A DNA stretch of 62,613 bases, the filler included, from Choristocarpus tenellus KU-1152 (taxonomy: Eukaryota; Protista; Phaeophyceae), in NCBI GenBank assembly GCA_964200185.2. It is 7 parts of 7 records of this genome, joined end to end, with 100 filler letters (N's around TTAATTAATTAA, not from the genome) between each part and the next. Parts side by side here need not be neighbours in the genome. Positions count along the whole stretch, not along the records: positions 1 to 8,520 come from CAXNAD020004626.1; positions 8,621 to 23,429 come from CAXNAD020001108.1; 5 more parts are not named here. One strand, 5' to 3'. The notes under the pieces are model-generated. The model did not search any database. It was not told the DNA's origin and worked only from the letters and a program-made list of their open reading frames with translations. The translations under genes were made by a program, and so were the position numbers. Positions 1 to 11,600 of this stretch are shown here, one piece after another; the stretch's first letter is position 1; each line of letters starts with the position of its first letter.

Positions 1-286
1 CCCGAACTTGACCTCCCCTCCCACCCTGAGATCCAAGTCGGTCGTGAGCAAGCGACAGGGCGGGTGGGCGGGAAAGCTTGGTCGGGGGTCCTCTTGATCT
101 AGCCTTCCTCGTCTTGTCCTCCAGCCTCAGGTTTCCTCATTCGATTCAATACTGTTCATTCCTTCTCCCCTTGTGCCTCCGCCTGCCATCTATTTTCTTA
201 ACCACTCAATCTTAACTCTTCGTTCCCTCCTTAATGCTTATTTTTCTTTAATGTCCCCTTCCTTGCCCTGTGCCCCCAACCAACCA

Positions 287-540
287 GAGCCAAAGTACCT
301 TAGAGGGTAAAGCCGCGTCCATTTGGGGGCCAAAATCCAATGTTGCGATTTTGATGTAATTTTGGCTATTGTGTAACATACATACTTTACCTACTTATAT
401 ATATATACTCATAAACATACTTACTTTACCTACTCCTAAACATTTCGAAGTAGGAAAATGTTTATAAAAGAACCCATGGGAAGCCAAGCCCCAAATGGAC
501 AAACAGGTCAAAACCCGTACCCTCGAAGATACTTTTACTC
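287..540. mobile_element. MITE family A, copy 1 (internally rearranged)
   Basis: Imperfect ~23-bp TIRs GAGCCAAAGTACCTTAGAGGGTA ... TACCCTCGAAGATACTTTTACTC. 3-bp flanking duplication CCA/CCA. Homologous to five other copies in the window. Confidence 0.9.
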
Positions 541-999
541 CCAGAATTCTTCCGCCCACAAAACTCAGATTACTTCATAAACTTTCCCTCCTTTTTATTT
601 TATTATTATGCCCTCTTTTTTATTGTTAATATATTTTCTTCTTTTTTGCTCATTTTCTACATTTTGTTCTTTTAACAGTAGACAACAGCTTCGAGTTGAA
701 CCTTATTTCAGTGGGGTATATGGGCAACTTCATCCCTATGTTTGTCCACAGTTTTAAAGTTGACCTTTTCCCAAATTTATTTACGTAATACTGATCGATC
801 TCATAATATATATTTCCACATCGTCACATTTCTTCACCACCCTTCTGTTCAGGATGCATGGTATTTTCTTCATATTTTAGCAGACAACAAGATTGTACGC
901 TTTCCATTTTTTTTTATGGTTACATTTCTCTATTCAGTGACATATATATTATATGTGTGTGTGTTTGTGTTTTATTTTTTTCTTTCTTTTCTTTCAAGA

Positions 1000-1660
1000 T
1001 CCAAGTATTTATTTGTTCCAAGAAGTCCTTAGCCCTGGTAACCCTAGAACATCAATATGCTACCCTCTTGAGTTCTATATACTGAAGTACATAATAAATA
1101 CTTGGTACAGTTATACAGCTTTAATGCGATCCCTAAGGGAGTCTCCCATGTTTTTTTCCTCCTCATTGCACAAGATAGTCCATGCTTTTCCATTAGTATC
1201 TCCTTGATGGAGTTTAATAAGCAGAATTTCAACCTGACTAGCTATACCCACGCCCTTTTCACGTTGAAGACTTGACCGGACGTGGTCATATGTGATACAC
1301 CGAAATCGTGATATTTCCATGTATATGCCCAGATATGTTTTATTTTTGCTCGCCCTTGATCAAGGTGAAGCGGCACAGATTTGATTGCCACCAAATCAAT
1401 CTTTGTTACAAGTATCAAGCTGTGAGGTCTTCACGGAAAAATCTTTTTGCTCAACATCTTGCAAACATGCAGAATTTTTGTGTACACAACTGTTGTCGTA
1501 CAGGACTGTATTTCCTTGCTGAGAGACCTTTTCTGTCAATGATCATGTCAACTTCTTTCTGCGCACACACTTGCTCCATTTCCCATTGACATCTGTGTTG
1601 TCTTGATACACGTGTCAAGCCACATAGAGAGGGGGGTGATGCGATAACCATCTTCCAACT
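1000..1660 (-). mobile_element. Possible decayed Penelope-like reverse transcriptase relic
   Basis: Broken-frame peptides LSMWLDTCIK, LILVTKIDLVAIKSVP, LQREKGVGIASQV and KDFLEQINT resemble Penelope RT blocks in the expected order. Boundaries are approximate and the match is by eye only. Confidence 0.3.
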
Positions 1661-2099
1661 AAGGTATACCTTTAATGTGACCTATCTTGAGGGGATATAC
1701 TTCAAAGGTCAGTTGCTCATATGACATCTGCTTTTGCATGTTGAAGTTAACATCTGCTTGAAGAAAATAGCAGGTGGTTTGAAGGGACCTTGCAAACCCC
1801 CCTCATTCACATTTTGGTTGTTCAGTCTTTCCTGAGTGATCTTCTGAGGGATTGCTCTCTCTCCTGCCTTGTCTCTCTCTATTTCCTTCGTCCTGTGGGT
1901 CTTCCTCCTCCCCTTTTTTATTTTGTTGAGGAAAATTCCATCAGAATGACGCGATAAGCGCGCGGAATGGATGGGATTTGAAATGAGGATACAGTATACA
2001 GGATACTATGAAGAGCCAGTGGAGTATTCATCGAGAGCCAGCTTAAAACATGGTACATCTCATGTACCCTTTCTTCCACAACACAAACACTCCCTACAT

Positions 2100-2740
2100 A
2101 TCCTCACCCCCCACACTCGACACAGATGCAGTAACGCAATCACTCAATGAGATCACTACACAGAATGGGATCTTGGCAACGAGTTGCGACGCTGACTTGC
2201 TTGACATGCTTTCTCCAGAATAATCTCGCTTTCATTTGGGTCCCATCTGAATGTGCGAAGTTGAAGAGATTGGTCAAATTGTAACATTCTCTCTAGATCA
2301 GTATCAGGAGGAAGTGCATCAACCCTAAGGGAATGTCCTATCACCAAACAAGAAAAGCTATCGACCTGAGATTTACGATGATCATTTTCTTCTCAAACTG
2401 TATCCGTATTAACTAACGTGTTCAATCCATACTCCTCGAAAGAGGCGCAAGCTGACAATCTGTTCTGTTCGTGCAATTCACACTTCATTCTCCAGTACGG
2501 GCAACATGCCTCCGACACTTTTATCAGACTCCGATACGGACAACGAGCACACCTCACTTGGCGGCTCCACTACGCTCCCTGGCTGACCAACAACAGGACC
2601 AAGACCACGTCCCCTCACAAACTGATGCCCAGGTAAGGGTTGTTGATGCATCACGAGAAAAAGAGAGTACGGAGCGAAGCTCTTCTGATATCTGACGAAT
2701 TCAATTAACTTGAGAAGAATCCAGTCAACCATCGATTAAG
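2100..2740 (-). mobile_element. Decayed tyrosine recombinase (DIRS/Ngaro-type) relic
   Basis: Peptides L*GDVVL, CCPYWRM and GHSLRVD...FRW resemble YR blocks (LRRGDV, CPV, HSLRxG, GRW). The 3' flank is similar to 61647-61712. Confidence 0.4.
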
Positions 2741-3179
2741 ATTAAGATTTCTATTCCTAAACAGAAGAACGGGCTTGGAGTTCGAAATGGCACACACCCC
2801 TGTGAATCGAACATCGAGTCGATAAACAATTTCTGAATCTAGCACATGGCACAGTAATAAGCAATCTTTGTTGTCCTTTCCTTTGTTTTCAACCGATATC
2901 CTACGGGGTCCGGGCTGAGGTACTGTAGACGACAGGCGGAGTTTCTGGCACAGGGTCAAGCGTTGTCAGCGATGACGTCCACAGCAATGTCGACTCACAC
3001 CATACCAATGACGTGAATGCTGACTCTTCGCTCATGGAAGGACAGACCAAAGCTGACAGTATCACCGATGTTGCGACGTTCGACCCTATGGATTCAGTGG
3101 ACGGGATTCTGGCCTCAGAAAAAAGCCATGCTGAGGCCGACTTCCCATCAGTAATGTTATTTCTGTTGGCGGTGCTATT

Positions 3180-5620
3180 GGGCATGTCAATGGTCGGTGG
3201 GCACGAAGGAATATGGAGCACATTCCTCGCTTCCAATGACCTCCTACACGCTGTATCATTTCAAGGTCCACTACTTGATCAGGTGAGTGAATTGTGTTTT
3301 GACCTATTGTTGAATGTATGGTCACTATTCTTGAAGGTGGTTATCAGATTTTTGGCTGTCTGTGTGATTGATGGATAATTCATTTTTTTCACTCAACAAT
3401 ATATATGATGTGCTCACACTCACGATAGGTTGGACATCTGGCTGTCCTCTATATCTTTCATACTTATCGTACACACTTCAAGTATGTGTTAGAGAGTCCC
3501 ATTGAGCCTTACAACTTCTCATTTGACGGGTGGCACGATATGATGATATGATACATATATAAAGCGTTAATCAGCATAGTGTAGGGTAATTGTGTTTATA
3601 TACTGTCAACGGTTCCAATGTCCTGTCAAAGTGAAAATGGCCATATAGTTTTCCGGGTGTATGCAACACCGTCAACCCAGGAGAAATTAGAAAATATGGG
3701 AAAGGAGCTGGCAGTATGGCGTGACAGTGAAAAATGCGGATGGTGGTATGATATCATGGATCAGGATTGTACTGTGAGTGGTACATATATAGTAACAATA
3801 TGAAAGGCACTTTACTGTTGTATCGACCCATCAACCCCCCAGTATATGGTGTGTAGTTGGCACCAATTCTCTGATTTTCGTTCAGAAAAAATTGCCAGGC
3901 TGCCCACAAATCGTCTATATTTTGTTCTTCACTCTGCGAAGCCTACTGATTTTCGGATGGTGGTCCCATTGTGTGAAGTCTTTTGGATATCATTCCTAGT
4001 CAGCCGATGAATTTGCAGAATTAGGTCTTCTAGCACTTTTAAGTAGTGGGAATCTACCCTGTCTTCGGTAGATATTTTTGTTGAGGATGCTATGGTGCAC
4101 CGAGAATAGGTATCTACTATGTAGCAGCAGCACTTCTCCATTCATTGGTCCCATGATGAACAGTGTTGCCTTAGTGCTCGGAGCCTTCATACTTTTGTAG
4201 CAAAAATGTATACTTCATAATCAATCACCTCCTGTGCTTCCTTGTCAAACTATGGTCTCGGTCCCAAATTTGACAGATGCTGGAGGCAGCAAGACACCTT
4301 CCAGATGCCTTGCACCTCAATCCCTCCGACTTCATACATGCTGCTGGCCTGTAAGAGTATTCCAACACGTCCGTTGCAAGCAATCCAAGGTTGTACGCGT
4401 GCTGTTGACTTTCTGTGCTGTTCTTCAAAGTGTTCTACAGCTGGATCAGATTCCTACAGCACTTCCTTGAGTACAAAGAAAGGTTATATACCTGGCAGGG
4501 ATATCCCTGCGATCTGAATGTCAATTACAAATCTCCGACCCTTTACCTTTGCCTATCTCTACTCTAGAGTACGTATTTTGATTGGAGAAAAGGCACCATG
4601 TGTATATTTGTAGGGAAACTTCTAGAATAGTCAACGTAGTGGGTTGGTGATTGAGCACTGACTTTTGCTGACTCCAATGTATAGTATTGGCAGGGACATG
4701 TGATGTGTGGAGATACCACTGTACCAGACCTACTGTCTACCCTGCTCGTACAATGGAATTTCAAAGTTGACAGAATCAAAAGCTTTGGGATCAAATCTCG
4801 GTTGGACCGTTTTCCCCACTCCCTACGACAGGAGTGTGTAGACAGGGTTAGATCGGGGATCCAGGACATGGGCTCTAGGGAAAATGCTAATATTGTGAAG
4901 ATTGCTCAGGGAGAGCACATAAAACAACAGTGGGGATGTGCACCGCAGGTTTACCTGGGTAGGACCCCAGCCTCAGATGGTTGTCAAAACATGTAGATGC
5001 CCTTGTTGCACTTGAGCGGTCAATCACACGACTGTCCACCCTGGAGATACAGTGGTGTGTGAATATTTAGATAGAGCGAGTACCACTAGGCTGTACTCAC
5101 TGGGGAAGTCGCCTCTTGTCTTGGCCGAGGGACAATTGAGTCTCGAGTTCTTTGTGCACAAGACGTATTTTTTTATATATTTTTTCATATGTATAATTTG
5201 GCAAATGCACGCAACATTTGGTTCTTGTGTCCTGCTATGAAAGAGACTGACTCCATCAAATTGGACCTGTGCGCATACACCTACCGGTTCGTTGAATGTC
5301 TTGCATGGTGGGCGGCAAAAGTACCCAAGTGCATTTTCTTTTGTAAGTCTACCTGCCTTGGATTGGACTCCACTCACTCTGTGTTGGCCTCCTACTTAAT
5401 GGATGGATTGACCAGAAAAATCCATACTTCGTCTAGGGTTAAGTGTGTTTCCTGTGGTCCATCATCTCTTCGACAATAATTTCCATTGATATCCTGGTGG
5501 AGTGGCCCTCGCCACGATATTCAAGTTGAAATGACACCTTTTTGGCCCCCTTTGTTATACGAAATGCACAAGTTCAAGTGTGAAGGTGTCGTGTCCGGTT
5601 TTGCAACCCCGCTGTAGTAC
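3180..5620 (-). mobile_element. Highly decayed DIRS/Ngaro-like retrotransposon (RT, RNase H, YR)
   Basis: In order on the - strand: TKENALGYFCRPP..PVGV (RT start-like), FVIDIQIAGISLP...RKSTAR (post-RT), ALRQHCSSW...IVD (RNase H-like), LWAAWQFF...TIRIFH (YR N-terminus), VDLEMIQRVGGHWKR..IFLR (YR C-terminus). Many stops and frameshifts; boundaries approximate. Confidence 0.45.
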
Positions 5621-5680
5621 CACTTGGGCAGTCGGTCAAACTCCCCACCACCCCTGTCTTCTGTGTGTCTGAGAGCATCT

Positions 5681-5856
5681 GACCCAAAGTATCTGGGGGG
5701 GGGCGGGGTCTACACAAGGGTGTCTTCTTGGCCCAAAATCAGGAAAAGTGCATTTATATCCATCCGACGTATGCAACCAAATCACCCAAAAGTCACGACG
5801 TGAAAAAATGGACCCCAAAAGTACAGCCGCCACCCCCCCCCCAGATATTTTGAGCT
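5681..5856. mobile_element. MITE family B, copy 1
   Basis: TIRs GACCCAAAGTATCTGGGGG ... CCCCCAGATATTTTGAGCT. 4-bp flanking duplication ATCT/ATCT. Homologous to 40856-41033 and 50282-50463. Confidence 0.9.
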
Positions 5857-8329
5857 ATCTTTGCATTAATAACACTGCTTCTTGTCCTTGCGCATCTGCT
5901 CATCATGCCCTTGCTTGCATCAATGGCTACTAACGTTTTACATTTTAGAAAGACTAGGGCAAGGTAGTTTTTTTTTACTTGGAAGTGTGTTGTTTCAACC
6001 CTCAGATATTTTAATGTTCAGAGCTAGAGACCAACTGGCTCCCGAAAATTGTCTAGACAATGGACATCATGGAGCAAAGTGTCTTTAAATTTTTATGAAC
6101 ACCCGCTATAGGCAGAATATGACCAACTGTTTTTGTATAATGATAGCATTGAGCGTTGTGTTGTCGATGATGTGCGAGTTTGTAGAAACACACAAGTTGG
6201 ATATGTAGTGCTCACATAACAAATCTTAATTGCTTTAACAATATGCACGGCAAAGCAAAGTGGGAATAGTTACCTATTTGGAAAAAATATCCATGCTTGA
6301 GTATTTTCCTGGACAACGGCATGAACCTGCGGGTATTTGTAACTGTCATTAGATATCCTCCCATTCCAAGTTCCTGCAGTCCAAACTATTTTACCAAACA
6401 TGTTCGAGTGGATGATTGCCTCAGGACGAGACCTAATTGTTCCATTGGTGGTGTCTGATAGGTTTTCGGCCTGTGATTTCTTCATCCAGTTAGATTTCCT
6501 AGTTGAAAAGAAGCCAAGCCAATTTAAAGGTCGAAATTATGCACAGACATCATGCCCATATAGTTACACATGTACATTTAGCTTGGCCATGCCCTTCTAC
6601 ACAGGCAGGCACAGTCTCCTCATGCCCCTTTTCCTCCCGATGTTGCTAGTGCATGGTGGCTTCTAGCTGGTGGAGTGATCTACTCCTCTTCTTTTCCGGG
6701 CAGCACAGCTCCCACTGTTGCCATGGCTCAGCTTCCTTTTGTGACTCTCCTCCTTGGTACTGCTGAAGCACTGTGGTTGTTAGCACGTGGATTGCCTATT
6801 CCCCCCCCCTGGCAAAGACATCTCGGATTAGCCTAGACAGGAATACATACACACCCAGTTGCTGTCCTCCTGCTGCTGCAGAACACCATGGCTGATAACT
6901 GGAGGAGCACTCCCTCCTCTTTCTCCTCTAGATATATCCGACACCTTTTAACCAGACACAATGAGGTATGTTCTTGAGAGAGGACTGACTACCTCACCCA
7001 ATCCTGGTAATGGAAGGTCTGCAGAAGTTCATGCACAGGACCACAAGGGAAAGAGTAACGGCATTACTAACCAAACCCTAGCCATGCCTAGGCCTGTCGT
7101 GGTGCATTGAGGTAGATCAGATAGGGCCAAGCCGAGCATCACCACCCCATCATATTGTTAGTATTTGTTACTTCCTTTTGCCTCACATTTGTCTGGGGAT
7201 TTATTCTGAGTCTTGGTCAAAGCACGCTACAGCCCGCACTACTTCTCATAACTACTGACTATCTATTGCACTACTATGATTGTATTGCCTCTGTTCCTGC
7301 CTTCCTTTTCTCCCGTTGGGTTCAGCACTCCCACCCCTTGTCGTTCTGTCTCCTCCCTCAAATATTGTGAATTTGGTACCATTCAAAGAATTTAAAATAT
7401 ATTTTTACTGATCTTGATTCTACTAAATATTTAGATTCAATAGGTATTGCAAATTTCAGTATTCTGACACAAATCTTTCTCCTAAAATTAAGACAAGAAA
7501 CCTTGTAACAATTCCAAAAATCAAATCCATTAAAAGGTAATTTTATCGAAGAAATCTTCATTACATTTATTCTAATGATTCTAGGAACTGGGTTTGGCTT
7601 CCACCTCAAAATTGGTCTGGCTTCTTTGTGTCTAACATCAGAAAGGGTAGTACAGGTGCACAATCTATTGTGCTTGTCAATATGGAAATGATCATCGAAA
7701 TTACATTTCTATAAGAAGTCCAGTGCTCAGGAGGTCCAAATTCATGCAGATAACGGCTACATTTGTTACAGGTGCCCCTCAATGCTCACCTTCCCAGGAT
7801 GTACATGTCAAGTCCAATTCAAAGATTATCGAACCTCAGCTCAGCAGAACAGGGGTACTCTCAAATGAATCAATTAGTATGAAGAATGTATATAAAGTTT
7901 GGCGTTAGATAGAGAGTGAGTTATGTGGGTCTTGTCAGGTCAGAAGAACTGAGCTGATTTGGGCCGTTTTTAGGAACTCTAATCATCATTTGCCGTTGGG
8001 GGAATGTTCGGGTTTGTAAATACTGGTATGTATCTGAGAACCCTTTCCGACCATCCATCCATGACCCTCTGCTCTGCAACTACCCGACTTACAGTTTATT
8101 CTGCAACTTTTTGGCAAATCGGAGTTCCCCCTTTTGGGGTTCCCCATGCGTGTATACTGCTCGTGCCAGTTAAAGCGTGGGAAGAAATACTCGCGCTATT
8201 CGCCTGTAACACCTTTACCACTGAGCCACAAGCATGCCCATGTTATATGCAGTTTGGCAACATTGTTATCAAAAGCTTGCAGTTGCCCACTATGAGCTCA
8301 TCCAGCATTGACGATGAGAATCTGAGACG

Positions 8330-8520
8330 GAGTGATGAATGGTGGGGTTGCTGAACCCAACGCATGAGAAGCAAGGCACTACTTGGAGGCAATACAATGA
8401 GTCATACCCAAAAAATTGAAGTGAGTTTTGTTAAAGTATCCCCAAAATCATCAAAGAGGATAAAGGTGACCCGGCGAGATTGCTTGGTGTCTGTAGAGCG
8501 ATTGATTATATTTAGGTGGG
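8330..8520 (-). mobile_element. Possible hAT transposase relic
   Basis: MTHCIASK*CLASHALG resembles the hAT CxxH block (THCxxHxxxLA). Related DNA occurs at ~42498-42552. Confidence 0.3.
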
Positions 8521-8620
8521 NNNNNNNNNNNNNNNNNNNNNNNNNNNNNNNNNNNNNNNNNNNNTTAATTAATTAANNNNNNNNNNNNNNNNNNNNNNNN
8601 NNNNNNNNNNNNNNNNNNNN
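8521..8620. other. Artificial contig linker N44-TTAATTAATTAA-N44
   Basis: Identical 100-nt spacer with stops in all six frames, occurring six times in the window. Confidence 0.97.
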
Positions 8621-11600
8621 CTCATCCACCTCCACCCCATGGTAGTGATGGGGCTTGCTCCTTTCCCTCAACCCTCCAGGTGCTGCCCCACCTTGGTTGC
8701 AGTTGTTTGAGTCCTGGCATGATGACACAAGTGGTTGACCTTTACAACCTTTTCCCTCCAAGTCGGTCAATGACACCCCTGATGATGCTGCAGCAGTTGC
8801 CTCAGCCTCTTCTAACTCTTGTCGCCTCACTTCGGAGTGCATTCGGCACCTGAGCTCAAAGCCACCTCCTACCCCTTCCTCCTCCAGCAAGAGAGATGCC
8901 CTCTGTGCGCAGAAGGGGTGTACGGCCTTCAAGCAAGGTGGATGAGCACATTGCACTACAGCGTCCCCAATACCACGGCAAATGGAGCACATCAGGTTGG
9001 CCCGGTCAGCATCTAGTGTTGACAGTGTTATTGGACGGACAGACGCTCCACGTGTAAGTAGCTCCGGTGTCCATAACACACATACAACATGTGCCCACTG
9101 CCCACACTCAGACTGCTTGAGCGCACCCCCTCGGTGCTGGCACAGGGCACACTTGGGTCTAAGACCCAACAGATTAAGGGCAAGTTTGGGGTCACTACTG
9201 CTTCTGCTGCCAATACCATCACCTCCATGGGCACTGAGGGCATGTACACATGGTTCGCACAACCAGTCTTCCTTTGGGATGTTATCCACCCCATAGCAGC
9301 TGGCGTGAACTGCCATTCTGCACCCCAATCCATCACAAAGAATGATGGGGTCACCATCACATGACAAAGGGTTGCTGCACACACTGCACTCTTTATCTTC
9401 CTCCTCTAACTGCTGGGAGAGTACACGATTGTTTTTCCTTCCTCCGTCCTGTCCTCCATCCAGTGCTTCACCACATCCATTGCCTTCTTTAGCATCCTCC
9501 CTGGCCACAAGTGCTGCTGACTCCCTACAGCTACGAAATTCACAACTGCCTTCACTGCACGCCTCCTCGGGTCTTCCTACCCCAGAAGAAGCATCAGTGC
9601 AAGTAGCTGTCTCCATCTCTGCATCATGGTACAATAGGCTGTCGATCTCAGCCTCTTCTCCCTCTATCTGCACCTCCTTGCTCTTTATGTTACTATTACA
9701 CACATGGTGATAGCTAGGGCAAAGGAGTGGATATTTCAGCAAGTGTTTTGCTGCGCTTCCCCCCACCCCTCCTACCGTTCCATACCTATCATCATCACTA
9801 CATGACTGCCCAAGAGCTGCACAATCATTGTCCTTGCACTTAACATCAGAAGACATCTCATCAGGTTTTGGTCCGCTTCCATGTGGGGGTGGAAATGATC
9901 CACTGGTAAAGCGTTGTCCCCTTTTATCATCATGAGGTGCAGTCCCAGTACTATGACAGTCACCTTCTGGGGCACCTTGAGTATCAACAAACATGCCCTT
10001 CTTTGGCCCTTGACGACTGACTAGGTCTGTCCCCCCTGCCAATTTGGGTGCATTGCAAGTAGCAACGGCACTGGTGGCAACAGAAACAGAGGCAAACAAC
10101 GCAGGATTGGATTCGTCCATACCCTTCATCCCACTTATTTTTCCCTCACTGCAATGGCGAGGAATAGATACCACACTGTTGGGCCCTGTGTTAGAGCTCA
10201 ACGGACTATCCACTGTAGAGGGATCACACAAAAGGGATGATGATGACCCCTCTTGCTGATCAGAAGTACTCACCACCTTTAGCAAGCGTTTACATCCAGA
10301 GATCATGGTTGTGTTGTGAGACTCCCTTTTCCAAAGTTCACCAGACAGAGCAGTGTTTGGAGTTGGTTCATGATCAGGAAGTGCCAATGAGGACAGATTG
10401 CTTGCCCAAGAAGAATCCTCTTTGATACCCTTGATTTTCTTACACGGAGGTGACCAAGGTGCTCCAAGAGTAGGTGGTACTGATATGAGGGGGGAGGAAA
10501 TTGGTTGTGGAATTACTGCAGTCTCATTGCTGCTTCTTGCCTCATTGGTGCCAGTCCGAAGACCTTGCAACAGACCACTGCAGCCTCCATCCCATGCCAT
10601 GACTTCACTTGTGTGCTTTGTGACACCTCCTACACCAGTTGTGTCGGCCTCAAAGTGTCTGAGGGAAGGGAAAATCTCTTGCAAGCCATCATCATCGTCA
10701 CTCTGACTTTGGCTCTGTTTTTGATTTAAAATCTCCTCTCCAAGAAGAACTTTACCATCAATACCTGTGCTTATTGCCTCACTCCAAGAATTGCTGCTCA
10801 TGCCTCTGTTATAGTTGTGATTGTTGCATGAAGATTTTTCCCCATTTAGACTCTTGCACACCCCATCTACCTCAAAGGGGTCCATTTCCAAGCACTCCTC
10901 AGGAACTGCCACATCTACCCTCTCACACCTAGCAGTTGGGACCTGACCGCTTTCACCTGGAGGCTTTGCATTCCGTCTTCGATGCACATTCTCATCCCCA
11001 TGGGTTGCCCTCTCTCCTTCATCACCACTCCTGCTTCTACACCTAACCCCATTTCCACCTTGACTTACAACCTTCTGGATTGTCGAGTCTGAGGATAACT
11101 CCTCAACCTCAACAGCTAACTTCTTGTTTGTCCTTGAACATAAGCTGGCTATGTTACAGTGTTGAGCACTTGCCTGCTCATCACCTTTCCCTATTGTGTC
11201 ACTGCTCTCCCTATCACCATTATCAGCACCATATCTTTGTGATGCAATGGTGGCACTGACACTATCACCTACAACCCTGCCACTACTGTCAGGAGAGGAA
11301 CAAGGGGTCCCTGCCAATAATGGTTTAGGCTCACCACACAAAGAGCAAACAAGTCGGTCAGCCTTCATCCGGCACCCACAGCCACACTCCCATCGGATTC
11401 CATACTGGTCAACATTACTCTGTGACAACAGCAGGCTTGATGATTGACTTATTTTCTCCTGCACTACAGCCCTCTCATTCTCACATTTCTCCCTTTCTCG
11501 GGGGGTTGGACCAGGTGCAGAAACAGGGCCAGAGGCAGGGCAAGGGACCTGAGTCGAGATAGGGCTGGAGGGTGGGGTGGGGCTGGACTGGTACAATGAT

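Noticed and set aside
3800-4190. Retroviral-type DDE integrase reading (IMGPMNG / YIVDTYSR / SHNGT / YTPYTGGLMGRYN)
   Set aside because: It needs three frames with the catalytic residues missing, and the surrounding blocks fit a DIRS/Ngaro RNase H-YR layout better. Not fully excluded.
8565-8576. Recurrent palindrome TTAATTAATTAA as a biological site
   Set aside because: It is always centred in N44 runs and is a standard artificial six-frame stop spacer.
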